Assembly: GCA_049578265.1 (NCBI GenBank)
Contig: JBAULP010000014.1
Span: 6,763-70,762, forward strand
Source of the DNA: Acidobacteriaceae bacterium
GTDB lineage: Bacteria > Acidobacteriota > Terriglobia > Terriglobales > Acidobacteriaceae
Direction: 5' to 3'
DNA: 64,000 nt
Of this stretch, positions 10,392 through 20,887 are shown piece by piece (positions within the stretch are counted from its first letter, which is position 1; each line of letters starts with the position of its first letter). The translations under genes were made by a program, and so were the position numbers. The notes beneath the pieces were generated by a model. That model was given only the letters and a program-made list of their open reading frames with translations, did not search any database and was not told the origin of the DNA.

Positions 10392-11291
10392 CTAGCCCTG
10401 AGCCGTCCCCCCCATCCCCTCCAACTCCCGCAACGTCTCCTCCGACAACACCAACCCCGCCGCCGCAAGATTCTCCCTCAAATGCCCCACCGACGAAGTC
10501 CCCGGAATCAGCAACACATTGTGCGCGCGATGCAACAACCAAGCCAACGCCACCTGCATCGGAGTCGCCTCCAACCGCGCCGCAATCTCATTCAACTCCG
10601 TCGACTGCAACGGCGAAAACCCACCCAGCGGAAAGTAAGGCACATACGCAATCCCCTGCGTCGCCAGCGAATCGATGAACGCGTCATCCCCACGCTTCGC
10701 CACGTTATAAAAATTCTGAATGCAAACAATCTCCGTAATCTTCTGCGCCGTCTTCAGCTGATCAGCCGACACCGTACTCAGCCCAATGTGCTTCACCAAC
10801 CCTTGCTCCTTCAACTCCACCAACGCCGCAAGCGGCTCTTCAAACGGCTTATCCTCCGGCCCACTGAAACCACCCAGCCGCAGGTTCACCACATCCATCG
10901 CCTCCAGCCCAAGGTTCCGCAAATTATCATGCACTGCGTCAACGATCTCTTTCCGCGTCCGTGCATGCGGCCACGATCCATCCGCGCCACGCCGCGCCCC
11001 CACCTTCGTCACAATCACCAGATCATCCGCATAAGGATGCAGCGCCTCCTTGATAATCTGGTTCGTCACATGCGGCCCATAAAAATCGCTCGTATCAATG
11101 TGATTCACGCCAGCCTCCACCGCCGCGCGCAACACCGCCACCGCCTCCGCACGATCCTTCGGTGGCCCCCACACCCGCTTGTCGCCATCCGACCCCGCCA
11201 GCTGCATCGCGCCATAACCCATGCGCTTCACCGTCAGCTTCGTTCCCGGAAACGTAAACTCACCACCCAGCTTCTCACTCACCTTCGTCAT
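10392..11291 (-). CDS. Aldo/keto reductase (YdbC-like)
   Basis: RMGYGAMQL, HIDTSDFYG, IVTKVG, HIGLS, IQNFYN, LIPGTSS motifs. Confidence 0.93.
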   Translation of the reverse strand: MTKVSEKLGGEFTFPGTKLTVKRMGYGAMQLAGSDGDKRVWGPPKDRAEAVAVLRAAVEAGVNHIDTSDFYGPHVTNQIIKEALHPYADDLVIVTKVGARRGADGSWPHARTRKEIVDAVHDNLRNLGLEAMDVVNLRLGGFSGPEDKPFEEPLAALVELKEQGLVKHIGLSTVSADQLKTAQKITEIVCIQNFYNVAKRGDDAFIDSLATQGIAYVPYFPLGGFSPLQSTELNEIAARLEATPMQVALAWLLHRAHNVLLIPGTSSVGHLRENLAAAGLVLSEETLRELEGMGGTAQG

Positions 11292-11512
11292 ATCTTTCTC
11301 CTAACGACCATCCGCGCCGTGTCCGTTAGATGAAGCAATCCCCCATTTCGACTTGGCATTTCCTCGCCACCAGCAGCCCTGACCACCGCGCACCCCCGCC
11401 TGCGCAGGGCGATCCTCCACGCACCCTTCAGGAGCTGTTCTGCAAAAGGAGCGCGCCACCCCGCCAACCCTCACTCGCTCGCACGTCGATCGTTGTACCG
11501 GCATCGCCGCCG

Positions 11513-11863
11513 CTACATAAACTTCACACCATTGCCGCCAATCACCGTGAACACATCAAACAGATTCGTCAGTCCCAGCAAATGCCGGATCTGCTTGCTA
11601 AGGTGCATCAGCTCCAAACTGCATCCCGCCGATCGCGACGCCACATACAACCGCACCAGCGTCCCCAGCCCCCGACTATCCGTGTGGTGCAGGTCCGCCA
11701 GCTCCAGGATCACGCGCTTGTTCTCCGCAATCAGGGGCCGCACCGTGTCGTACAGCCCATCCTCGGTGCCCACCACCAGCCATCCATGGCAAGTCACCAT
11801 CGCCACCTGGTCCTTGTAATGCTTCGTCTCCGTAGTAAGCGTATGCGTCGTTGTGTCAGACAT
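11513..11863 (-). CDS. STAS-domain anti-sigma-factor antagonist
   Basis: 116 aa; VILELADL..TDSRGLGTLV and LLGLTNL motifs; GAGGAGG RBS. Confidence 0.88.
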   Translation of the reverse strand: MSDTTTHTLTTETKHYKDQVAMVTCHGWLVVGTEDGLYDTVRPLIAENKRVILELADLHHTDSRGLGTLVRLYVASRSAGCSLELMHLSKQIRHLLGLTNLFDVFTVIGGNGVKFM

Positions 11864-11913
11864 CGGGAAACCTCCTCATCGCAATTTCAGGCCCGAAATC
11901 CAAAACACAAATT

Positions 11914-12807
11914 CTAGTCCCGCGGCGCCCCCACTCTCTCCATCAGCTCCGTAGAAAATCCCGCCAGCAGCACCGTCCCTGCAAACAGCAGCGTGTCGCC
12001 AAAATAATTCGCGCCCTCCAGCGCCCCCGGCGTCCCCATCTGCGCAATCAAAATTGGTCCATAGAAAAAGATCACCACCAGCGCCAGCACCGTCCCAGCA
12101 AACGCCGCCGCACTCTGCCGCCAGCGCGCCACCAACATCCCCACGCCGCAAACCACCAGCACCGCGCCAATAAAATAAGCAATCACCACCGGCGCCGGAA
12201 TATACGCAGGCGTCATCTTCTCCAGCGGAACCCCCACCACATTCCGCGGAAAGAAAAAATGCTCCACGCCATAAAATACGCACACCAACCCAACAATAGT
12301 TCGCCCCACTCCCATCAGCGCCTGCCCCGCCGCTGCACCCCGCCGCCAAGCGCTCCCCGCCAGCACCATCGCGCCCGCAGCAAACATCGTCTCTCGAACC
12401 GTCAGCGTCCAGAAGATCCGATCGTGATAATTCTTCGGCACCCCCGGCAGATCCAGCGTCACCACGATGATCAGAAACAGCAGTGCAAGCAAGCTCCCCG
12501 ACCACCGCACATATCGCCACGCAAGAAAACTCACCGCCGCCGCCAGCAGCGCCACGCCCACAAAGTACGTCCAGAACAGATGCCCCGGCAGCCACTTCGG
12601 CACAATCGCCATCAAGTCCCGCGCATCCAGAAAATGTTCAGCCGCAAACATCGCCAGCGCCATCGCATCCAGCACCGGCCCCAGCACCACCAGCTTCCCC
12701 GACCCCGCCGCCGCCGCAAACCGCCCGCGCACCAGCACCAGTCCCGCGACCAGCGCCGCCACTCCCGCCCAAACCATTCCCCAGGTCAGAACCGCCATCG
12801 ATCGCAT
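11914..12807 (-). CDS. DoxX-like integral membrane protein (duplicated domain)
   Basis: Two repeats of (A/V)EHF...P.(W/Y)(L/I)P...YF.G; many TM helices; start could be 12798. Confidence 0.75.
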   Translation of the reverse strand: MRSMAVLTWGMVWAGVAALVAGLVLVRGRFAAAAGSGKLVVLGPVLDAMALAMFAAEHFLDARDLMAIVPKWLPGHLFWTYFVGVALLAAAVSFLAWRYVRWSGSLLALLFLIIVVTLDLPGVPKNYHDRIFWTLTVRETMFAAGAMVLAGSAWRRGAAAGQALMGVGRTIVGLVCVFYGVEHFFFPRNVVGVPLEKMTPAYIPAPVVIAYFIGAVLVVCGVGMLVARWRQSAAAFAGTVLALVVIFFYGPILIAQMGTPGALEGANYFGDTLLFAGTVLLAGFSTELMERVGAPRD

Positions 12808-13001
12808 CCTCCCTCAGACACCCGATCCCGATCACCACACAAAGCCAGCCCCAACAGCGTGAAGCCATACTACAGCCGCCGCCCCGTCTTTGTTCATCGC
12901 ATTTTCCATTGGCAAACTCGTATCAGACTTGTATCGTTGGGCACCGGGCCCTCACACCCACGTCCCTGCCGCCACCCATCCCGTCCCTCGGAGGACCACC
13001 A

Positions 13002-14666
13002 ATGTTCGGACAGATGCAGCAGCACCCGCTGTTGATCTCGGGCCTCATCGAACATGCATCCCGCCATCACGGCGACGTAGAAGTCGTCTCCCGCCGCGTC
13101 GAAGGCGACACCCACCGCGAGACCTATCGCGAGATGGCCGCGCGCACCCGCCAACTCGCCAACGCCCTCGCCGCCCTCGGCATCGAGCAGGGCGACCGCA
13201 TCGCCACCATGGCCTGGACCGGCTATCGTCACATGGAGCTCTACTACGCTGTCTCCGGCCACGGCGCCATCCTCCACACCATCAACCCCCGCCTCCACGC
13301 CGACCAGCTCACCTACATCACCCACCACGCCGCCGACCGCGTCCTCTTCTTCGACGCCACCTTTCTCCCCATCCTCGAACCCCTCGCCCCGCGCCTCCAA
13401 TCCATCCAGCACTTCGTCCTCATGACCGACCGCGCGCACATGCCCGCCACCAGCGCCCTCCCCAACCTCCTCTGCTACGAAGACCTCCTCGCCGCGCAGC
13501 CCGACACCTACCGCTGGCCCACCTTCAGCGAAGAAACCGCCTCCTCCCTCTGCTACACCTCCGGCACCACCGGCAATCCCAAGGGCGTCCTCTACAGCCA
13601 TCGCTCCCTCGTGCTGCACAGCTTCGCCATCGCCATGCAGCTCAACTTCAGCGTCGCCGACACCGTCCTCCCCATCGTCCCCATGTTCCACGTCAACGCC
13701 TGGGGCACGCCCTACACCGCCTGCATGGTCGGCGCCAAGCTCGTCCTTCCCGGCCCCGCACTCGACGGCAAATCCCTCCACACCCTCTTCGAAGACGAGC
13801 GCGTCACCTGCACCGCCGGCGTCCCCACCATCTGGCAGGGCCTGCTCAACTACCTCGAGTCCACCGGCCTTCGCTGCACCACCCTCAAGCGCATCTCCAT
13901 CGGCGGCTCCGCCTGTTCTCCCAAAATGCTCCACGACCTCCAGGACACCCACGGCTTCGAAGTCATCCACGCCTGGGGCATGACCGAAACCAGCCCCCTC
14001 GGCACCGTCTCCCTGCTCAAACCCAAGCACGCCACTCTCTCCAAACCCGAGCGCGACGCCCTCCAAACCAAGCAGGGCTTCGTCCCCTACGGCGTCGACA
14101 TCAAGATCACCGACGACCACGGCAACGACCTCCCCTGGGACGGCGCCTCCGCCGGCGAGCTCCACGTTCGCGGCCCCTGGATCATCTCCCGCTACTTCCG
14201 CGAAGACCACGACGCCCTCATCGACGGCTGGTTCCCCACCGGCGACGTAGCCACCATCGACCCCGACGGCTACATGCAAATCACCGACCGCTCCAAGGAC
14301 CTCATCAAATCCGGCGGCGAGTGGATCGGCTCCATCGAACTCGAAGGCATCGCCGCCTCTCACCCCTCCGTAGCCATGGCCGCCTGCATCGGCATCCCCC
14401 ACCCCAAGTGGCAGGAGCGCCCCCTCCTGGTCGTCATCAAGAAGCCCAACGCCAACCTCACCCGCGAAGACCTCCTCGCCCACTACAAGGGCAAGGTAGC
14501 CACCTGGTGGGTCCCCGACGACGTAGCCTTCGTAGACACCATCCCCATAGGCGCCACCGGCAAAATCCAAAAAAACAAACTCCGAGAAACCTTCGCCACC
14601 ACCTACACCGAATCCACCACCCCACACGAACCCACCAAGCCCATCCCGGTCGCGACACAATCCTAG
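13002..14666 (+). CDS. Acyl-CoA synthetase (AlkK/DmdB-like medium/long-chain fatty-acid CoA ligase)
   Basis: [49 protein letters not shown] motifs; GGAGG RBS. Confidence 0.93.
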   Translation: MFGQMQQHPLLISGLIEHASRHHGDVEVVSRRVEGDTHRETYREMAARTRQLANALAALGIEQGDRIATMAWTGYRHMELYYAVSGHGAILHTINPRLHADQLTYITHHAADRVLFFDATFLPILEPLAPRLQSIQHFVLMTDRAHMPATSALPNLLCYEDLLAAQPDTYRWPTFSEETASSLCYTSGTTGNPKGVLYSHRSLVLHSFAIAMQLNFSVADTVLPIVPMFHVNAWGTPYTACMVGAKLVLPGPALDGKSLHTLFEDERVTCTAGVPTIWQGLLNYLESTGLRCTTLKRISIGGSACSPKMLHDLQDTHGFEVIHAWGMTETSPLGTVSLLKPKHATLSKPERDALQTKQGFVPYGVDIKITDDHGNDLPWDGASAGELHVRGPWIISRYFREDHDALIDGWFPTGDVATIDPDGYMQITDRSKDLIKSGGEWIGSIELEGIAASHPSVAMAACIGIPHPKWQERPLLVVIKKPNANLTREDLLAHYKGKVATWWVPDDVAFVDTIPIGATGKIQKNKLRETFATTYTESTTPHEPTKPIPVATQS

Positions 14667-14738
14667 CCCCAGCGCGAAAGGCGTGACACCGAAACAGCCT
14701 TGCGCGTAAGCTGCCAGCAGAAGCGAGGTCGCACTCCC

Positions 14739-15317
14739 ATGCACCTGCTATTCATCGGTCTGTTCCCCGTCATGTGGACCGCGTACCTTGTCTACTGGCA
14801 AATCATGGCGCGCAATATCAAAGCAGCCAAGCGCATGGAGTCTGCGCCCTCTCGCGCCCTCCGCGCCGTTCTGCTAATCGTCGGCTGCGCCTTGATGCTC
14901 TACCCTTTCAGCCGTCCGCAATGGCTCCATTGGCGCCTTCTCCCTGCCAGCGCGGCTGAGCTCAGCTTCTTCATCGGAGCCGCCATCACCGCCGCAGGCC
15001 TCGCCTTCTCCGTCTGGGCGCGCGTCCACCTCGGCCGCAACTGGAGCCACTCCGTCACCATCAAACAAGACCACGACCTCATCGTCACCGGCCCCTACGC
15101 CCTGGTTCGCCACCCCATCTACACCGGCATGCTCACCGGCTTCCTCGGCACCGCAATTGCGCTCGCCGAACTCCGCGGCCTCATCGCCTTCATCCTGGTC
15201 TTCCTAGCCCTCTGGATCAAGCTCCGGCTGGAAGAACAATGGATGCGAGAGTACTTCGGCACAACCTACGAAACCTACTCCCACCAAGTAGCAGCTCTGG
15301 TCCCAATGATCCTGTAA
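14739..15317 (+). CDS. Isoprenylcysteine carboxyl methyltransferase (ICMT/Ste14) family protein
   Basis: LGRNWS, LIVTGPYALVRHPIY, EEQWM...FG..Y motifs. Confidence 0.9.
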   Translation: MHLLFIGLFPVMWTAYLVYWQIMARNIKAAKRMESAPSRALRAVLLIVGCALMLYPFSRPQWLHWRLLPASAAELSFFIGAAITAAGLAFSVWARVHLGRNWSHSVTIKQDHDLIVTGPYALVRHPIYTGMLTGFLGTAIALAELRGLIAFILVFLALWIKLRLEEQWMREYFGTTYETYSHQVAALVPMIL

Positions 15318-15387
15318 CATCCCCCGCAATCCCCAGCATGCGCCGCTCGCGCCTTCGCATACACGACACTGGCATGGGACCTCAGCC
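15317..15387 (+). repeat. Degenerate duplicate of the ada promoter and start region (copy 1 of 3)
   Basis: Aligns with 18143-18214 with a single 1-nt gap after the ATG: ACATCCCCCGCAATCCCC..TGCGCC..CGCATRCACGAYACTGGYATGG(C)GACCTCARCC; a partial copy lies at 17464-17491. Confidence 0.8.
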
Positions 15388-15481
15388 CCGCCGACAACAA
15401 CGCTTTTTCAATCTGGAACGCGGTGGCGATAGTGAATACTATCGTAGAGATGCACCCATCTTTTAAGAGCGCAATCAACTA

Positions 15482-17446
15482 ATGCCCGTCAAGGCATACT
15501 ACGGCGCATCAATTCATCGCTTCATCCATGAGAATGATGAACGTATCCTCGGGCTTCTCGCGTTGGAACATCATCACGCACTCGAAGAGCAACAACGCTG
15601 GGCTTGGACTCAGCAGATCTCCATCCTGAAAAGTTCCCTCGCAAACCATCCTGACGGGAAGGTCTTTCTGGAGTTCTACATTCCAAGGATGGGGAAACGC
15701 GCCGACGCGGTGCTCGTGTCCGAGAACATCGTTTTCATCATTGAATTCAAAGTGGGCGCAACCGAACATCTAGCCTACGCCTTCGATCAAGTGGAAGATT
15801 ACGCACTCGATCTTAAGAACTTCCATGAGGGCAGCCACCTTGCTCCTATCGTGCCGGTGCTGCTATCTACGAACGCTATCTCCCAACCATTGCGCGAACT
15901 TAAATTCGCAAGTGATCTCGTCGCATCCCCAGTAGGAACAAACGCTGCCGACCTGGGTGCGCTGATTGAACACATTTGCGCGGCACACAAGTTTCCAACT
16001 CTCGATGTAAATGATTGGATGGCGAAAGGCTATAAGCCAACACCTTCGATCATTGAAGCGGCACAGGTACTGTATGGAACCCACAGCGTGTCCGACATTG
16101 AACGAAAGGATGCTAGTGCGAAAAATTTACGTGAGACAAGCGCCAGTGTCAGTGCCGCAATCGATCAAGCTCGCCTCAACCGGAAGAAGGCTATCTGTTT
16201 TGTCACCGGAGTGCCCGGCTCGGGTAAAACCCTAGCAGGCCTAAACTTCGCCACGAGGCGTTCAGAAGAGCACGAAGACGAACATGCAGTCTTTCTATCC
16301 GGCAATGGACCGCTCGTTGACGTCTTGAGAGAAGCCCTCGCACGCGATAAAGCGCAGCGCAAAAACGCCAAGAAGTCCACGGCTCTTCGCGAAGCTCGAA
16401 GCTTCATTCAGAATATTCACCATTTTCGCGATGACTACATCGGTAACAGCGATGTGCCGTTAGAAAGGGTCGTCGTGTTCGACGAAGCGCAACGTGCTTG
16501 GACACGACAAGAGCTGGCTCGCTTCATGAAACGTAAACGGGGAATCATTGATTTCTCCATGTCGGAGCCGGAGTTTCTTATCAGCGTAATGGACCGAAAT
16601 CCAGAATGGTGCGCCATCGTCTGTCTCGTGGGAGGAGGCCAAGAAATTAACACCGGTGAGGCGGGCATATCCGAATGGATCAGTGCGCTTGAAACTCGAT
16701 TTCTCGATTGGCAAGTTTATGTCTCGCCGAAGATTGCCCTTCCCGAATACGGCTCTCCCGACGACACCGCAAGATTCCTTCTGTCACCCCGAGTCTTCCC
16801 CGACGAACACCTCCATCTGAGCGTTTCGATTCGATCCTTCCGCGCGGAGGCGCTGTCCGCATTCGTCGCGCACCTACTCGACAACAACGCGGATGCCGCC
16901 ACCACCTCGTACACAACCATACAAAGGCAATATCCGATCTATCTGACTCGAAGTCTGCTCACCGCTCGGAGTTGGCTGCGCACCAAAGCTCGCGGTACGG
17001 AGCGCTTCGGGCTGGTGGCATCATCAGGGGCCCAGCGGCTGCGACCAGAGGGGATCCATATCAAAGCGGAAATTGAACCTGCCAATTGGTTCCTTAATGC
17101 CAAATCAGATGTTCGCTCTTCCTGCTACTTAGAGGACGTGGCGAGCGAGTTCGACGTACAAGGTCTTGAGCTTGATTGGGCCGGCGTATGTTGGGACGCG
17201 GACCTTTACCGCGCCGACGATGAGTGGTCGTATCGCGCATTCATGGGCACGGATTGGCGATCCGTGCATGACGAGTCAAGGCGGCTCTATCTCAAGAATG
17301 CCTATCGCGTGATCCTTACTCGCGCCCGCCAAGGAATGATCATCTTTGTACCAAAAGGCGACCCATCGGATCGCACGCGCCCACCTGCACTTTACGACGG
17401 TATCTTTGACTACCTAGGCTCGTGCGGTATTCCAACCCTCGACTGA
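15482..17446 (+). CDS. DUF2075 (Schlafen group-3-like) helicase with N-terminal nuclease-like domain
   Basis: RADAVLV..IIEFK (PD-(D/E)xK-like), Walker A GVPGSGKT, VFDEAQRAW, QGLELDW, YRVILTRARQG; lower GC and weaker C bias than neighbours. Confidence 0.88.
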   Translation: MPVKAYYGASIHRFIHENDERILGLLALEHHHALEEQQRWAWTQQISILKSSLANHPDGKVFLEFYIPRMGKRADAVLVSENIVFIIEFKVGATEHLAYAFDQVEDYALDLKNFHEGSHLAPIVPVLLSTNAISQPLRELKFASDLVASPVGTNAADLGALIEHICAAHKFPTLDVNDWMAKGYKPTPSIIEAAQVLYGTHSVSDIERKDASAKNLRETSASVSAAIDQARLNRKKAICFVTGVPGSGKTLAGLNFATRRSEEHEDEHAVFLSGNGPLVDVLREALARDKAQRKNAKKSTALREARSFIQNIHHFRDDYIGNSDVPLERVVVFDEAQRAWTRQELARFMKRKRGIIDFSMSEPEFLISVMDRNPEWCAIVCLVGGGQEINTGEAGISEWISALETRFLDWQVYVSPKIALPEYGSPDDTARFLLSPRVFPDEHLHLSVSIRSFRAEALSAFVAHLLDNNADAATTSYTTIQRQYPIYLTRSLLTARSWLRTKARGTERFGLVASSGAQRLRPEGIHIKAEIEPANWFLNAKSDVRSSCYLEDVASEFDVQGLELDWAGVCWDADLYRADDEWSYRAFMGTDWRSVHDESRRLYLKNAYRVILTRARQGMIIFVPKGDPSDRTRPPALYDGIFDYLGSCGIPTLD

Positions 17447-17491
17447 CGTGCCGACGCCGCCCAACATCCCCCCGAATCCCCGAAGTGCGCC

Positions 17492-17940
17492 AGGTGCCCC
17501 ATTCATGCCCAAGCACTTGGGGCATGAGTGGGTTCGCAGGGCGCCAACCCCACCACCCGCCCAAGGCTTCCTCGAATCAAAGGGCACGGCTGGTACCCCA
17601 AGGCTTTAGCCTTGGCTCTCATAAGCCAGCGCGAAGCGCCTTCCGCTCTGCCCTGAGCGCAGTCGAAGGGCGGGTGCCCCATTCATGCCCAAGCACTTGG
17701 GGCATGAGTGGGTTCGCAGGGCGCCAACCCCACCACCCACCCAAGGCCGGGTGCCCCATTCATGCCCAAGCACTTGGGGCATGAGTGGGTTCGCAGGCCG
17801 CCGACCCCACCACCCGCCCAAGGCTTCCTCGAATCGAAGGGCACGGCTGGTACCCCAAGGCTTTAGCCTTGGGTCTCATATGCCGCGCCGAAGACGCATA
17901 CCGCTCTGCCGAAGGCCGGAGTGAAGCCGAAGGCGGAACG
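17492..17940. repeat. REP-like palindromic repeat cluster
   Basis: GGTGCCCCATTCATGCCCAAGCACTTGGGGCATGAGTGGGTTCGCAGG three times (~17493, ~17673, ~17750); ~130-bp duplication 17493-17623 / 17750-17880. Confidence 0.9.
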
Positions 17941-18199
17941 ACCAAATTGCCTTCCTCGACACCCTGCACAGAATCAACCCCCAACCCACCACACTCAACC
18001 CACGCGCCCCGCCCACTACCTCCACGAGCTCGACCGCTGGCTCCAGGGCAACGACCTCGCCCAGCCCATGCGCGCCGACCTCTCCATCCCCCACACCACC
18101 AGCTCATAGCAGCCACGCGAAGCCCCTCGCCGTCCGCGCAGGACATCCCCCGCAATCCCCGGAGTGCGCCCACACCGCCCCCGCATGCACGATACTGGT

Positions 18200-19369
18200 A
18201 TGGCGACCTCAACCTTCACCCTCGCACCCCTCAACCCGATGCCCAGCCACAAGCCCACACGCAAGCCCAACCGCCCCTCACCTCCCTCCGTCTTCGCCGG
18301 CCGCGCCTGGCAACAGGTCCTCGCCCGAGACGCCGCCGCCGACGGCCAGTTCGTCTACGCCGTCAAATCCACCGGCATCTACTGCCGCCCCTCCTGCTCC
18401 AGCCGCAAGCCCGACCGCAAGAACGTCAGCTTCTTCCCCACCCCCGCGCTCGCCGAAGCCGCCGGCTTCCGCCCCTGCCTCCGCTGCGAACCCCTCCGCA
18501 CCACCCCCAAGCCCGACCCCCAGGCCGAAGCCATCCGAAAAGCTGCCGACTACCTGTCAGAGCATTCAGCTCAGCGCACCTCCCTCGACGACCTCGCCGC
18601 CGCCTCCGGCCTCGGCAAGTTCGCCCTCCAGCGCGGCTTCAAGCGCGTCCTCGGCGTCACCCCCGGAGACTTCGCCCGCGAGCAGCGCAAAGACCGCTTC
18701 CGCAACAACGTCCGCAAGCCCTCCCTCTCCATCACCGACGCCGTCTACGAGTCCGGCTTCAGCTCCTCCAGTCGCCTCTACGAATCCTCCACCCAAACCC
18801 TCGGCATGACCCCCACTGCCATGAAGTCCGGCGGCGCCGGCGAGACCATCCACTATGCCACCACCGACAGCCCCCTCGGCCGCCTCCTCGTAGCCACCAC
18901 CCCCCGCGGCCTCTGCGCCGTCCTCTTTGCAGACTCCGACACCGACCCCGACGCCGACCTCGTCCTCCAGCTCCGCGAGCGCTTTCCACAGGCCGTCCTT
19001 CGCCCCGCACCCTCCACCCCCGACCAACCCGGCGACCTCACAGAAGCCCTTCAATTCGTCCACTCCCAGCTCACCGAGCACCCCTCCGCCCAGACCCTCC
19101 CCTTCCACGTCCGCGCCACCGCCTTCCAGCAGCGCGTCTGGCAGGCCCTTCTCCAGATCCCCCGCGGCGAGACCCGCACCTACTCCCAGATCGCCGAATC
19201 CATCGGTTCGCCCAAGGCCGTCCGAGCCGTCGGCACCGCCTGCGGTTCCAACCTCCTGGCCGTCGTCGTCCCCTGCCACCGCGTCGTCGGTTCCGACGGC
19301 CGCCTCACCGGCTACCGCTGGGGCACCGACCGCAAACGCCAGCTCCTCGACCTCGAACGCAGACCCTGA
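18200..19369 (+). CDS. ada: Bifunctional Ada: methylphosphotriester repair/AraC activator plus O6-methylguanine-DNA methyltransferase
   Basis: Zn motif GIYCRPSC..R..FRPCLRC, AraC HTH, active-site VPCHRVV; start at 18200 inferred. Confidence 0.93.
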   Translation: MATSTFTLAPLNPMPSHKPTRKPNRPSPPSVFAGRAWQQVLARDAAADGQFVYAVKSTGIYCRPSCSSRKPDRKNVSFFPTPALAEAAGFRPCLRCEPLRTTPKPDPQAEAIRKAADYLSEHSAQRTSLDDLAAASGLGKFALQRGFKRVLGVTPGDFAREQRKDRFRNNVRKPSLSITDAVYESGFSSSSRLYESSTQTLGMTPTAMKSGGAGETIHYATTDSPLGRLLVATTPRGLCAVLFADSDTDPDADLVLQLRERFPQAVLRPAPSTPDQPGDLTEALQFVHSQLTEHPSAQTLPFHVRATAFQQRVWQALLQIPRGETRTYSQIAESIGSPKAVRAVGTACGSNLLAVVVPCHRVVGSDGRLTGYRWGTDRKRQLLDLERRP

Positions 19370-19510
19370 CCGGACCCCAGCCGGACCCCGGCCAGGCCCC
19401 GACGCAGAAAAGCCAGTTGAGACCCCCTTTTTGCTACACAAAACCCAGCTCAGAGAGCGTCTAAAATAGCAAAAGATAGGTGCTCCCTGCGCCCTTAAGG
19501 TTCTCACCCG

Positions 19511-20731
19511 ATGAAACTGCGCCCTGTTCTCCTGGTTCTCCTGATCCTGTGTGGCTTCTACTTCCTCACCACCCGCTGGCTCCCCTCCGGAGCCTTAGCC
19601 GGCCTCATCCATCACAATCCAAACAACTTACCCGGTGCATCCACCACCACAACCACGGCCGCCCCGCTCGGTAATTTCTCCCTGACCGAAGCCCACGCCG
19701 CCCCCGAATACGACGCCGAAGAGCTCCAAAACATCGCCGTCTACAAAAAAGCCCTCCCCTCCGTAGTAAATATCACCAGCACCGCCGTAGTTTGCTGCGA
19801 TTTCTTCCTCCAGCCCGTCCCCCAGCAAGGCCAGGGCTCCGGCTTCATCCTCGACGATCAGGGCCACATCCTCACCAACGACCATGTCATCGACAACGCC
19901 CAAACCGTCGAAGTCACCCTCTCCAACAAGAAGCAATTCAAGGCCACCGTCATCGGCGCCGACCGTATCCACGACCTCGCCCTTCTCCAGATCCATGGCG
20001 CGCAAAACCTCCAGCCCGCCACCCTCTCTGACTCCACCCACCTCCTCGTCGGCCAGCGCGTCTACGCCATCGGCAACCCCTTCGGCTTCAATGGCACCAT
20101 GACCCGCGGCATCATCTCCGCCATCCGCTCCGTCATTCTGCCCTCTGGCAATCGCATTGAAGACGCCATCCAGACCGACGCCTCCGTCAATCCCGGCAAC
20201 TCCGGCGGCCCGCTCCTCAACTCCCACGGCGACGTCATCGGCATCACCACCATGATCGCCTCCAACCCCAACGGCGGCGCCGATCAATCCGCCGGCATCG
20301 GCTTCGCCATCCCCATCTCCACCGCCAAGGCCGTCGTCGAAGACATCATGAAGTACGGCCACGCGCTGCGCCCCTCGCTCGACATCGTCACCCTCCCCAT
20401 CGGCCCCGACGAAGCCCAGCAGATCGGCCTGCCCGCCTCCTACGGCATTCTCATCGAACGCGTTCTCCCCGGCGGCGCCGCAGCCCGCGCTGGCCTTCAC
20501 GGCGGCAACGAACTTGCCTACAAGGGCAACACCCAGGTCATGCTAGGCGGCGACCTCATCGTCGGTCTCGATGGGCAGACCATCACCTCACCGCAAGACC
20601 TCTCCAACGCCCTCAACGAGCACCACGCCGGCGACATCGTCACCCTGACCATCTATCGTGGCCAACAGCGCATGAACGTAAAAGTAACCCTCGGCGACGC
20701 CCGCCAAATCGCAAACGGCCAGGAAGCTTAA
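19511..20731 (+). CDS. HtrA/DegP-like serine protease (S1C) with PDZ domain
   Basis: GSGFI, TNDHV, DLALL, IQTDASVNPGNSGGPL; N-terminal TM; C-terminal PDZ. Confidence 0.95.
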   Translation: MKLRPVLLVLLILCGFYFLTTRWLPSGALAGLIHHNPNNLPGASTTTTTAAPLGNFSLTEAHAAPEYDAEELQNIAVYKKALPSVVNITSTAVVCCDFFLQPVPQQGQGSGFILDDQGHILTNDHVIDNAQTVEVTLSNKKQFKATVIGADRIHDLALLQIHGAQNLQPATLSDSTHLLVGQRVYAIGNPFGFNGTMTRGIISAIRSVILPSGNRIEDAIQTDASVNPGNSGGPLLNSHGDVIGITTMIASNPNGGADQSAGIGFAIPISTAKAVVEDIMKYGHALRPSLDIVTLPIGPDEAQQIGLPASYGILIERVLPGGAAARAGLHGGNELAYKGNTQVMLGGDLIVGLDGQTITSPQDLSNALNEHHAGDIVTLTIYRGQQRMNVKVTLGDARQIANGQEA

Positions 20732-20736
20732 CGACA

Positions 20737-20878
20737 AGGAGTAGAGGGTAAGGAGTAGAGAGTAGACGACTCAAAGCCGTACAGCTTTGAGCCGTCTCTC
20801 CAGCACAAGCAGTGAGCAGCAGCAGCAGAAAAGCAGCACACCGCGCGCCTTTTCTACTCCTTACTCTCTACTCACTAC
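20737..20878. repeat. Inverted heptamer-like repeats between convergent genes
   Basis: GGAGTAGAGGGTAAGGAGTAGAGAGTAG ... CTACTCCTTACTCTCTACTCACTAC can pair around an ~85-nt loop. Confidence 0.6.
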
Positions 20879-20887
20879 TTTTTGTCT

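Noticed and set aside
9818..10542. ORFs with LPLPLP, CLCLCL, AKAKAK or GKGKGK runs
   Set aside because: These are translations of the (TTGCCT)n microsatellite and REP repeats
12483..14744. Long overlapping Arg/Pro-rich and antisense ORFs (here and throughout the window)
   Set aside because: Shadow frames caused by high GC and strong third-position bias; the real gene is identified by motifs in another frame
17921..18109. 62-aa ORF between the REP cluster and ada
   Set aside because: It starts inside repeat sequence and has no recognisable family; at most the 3' remnant of a lost cargo gene
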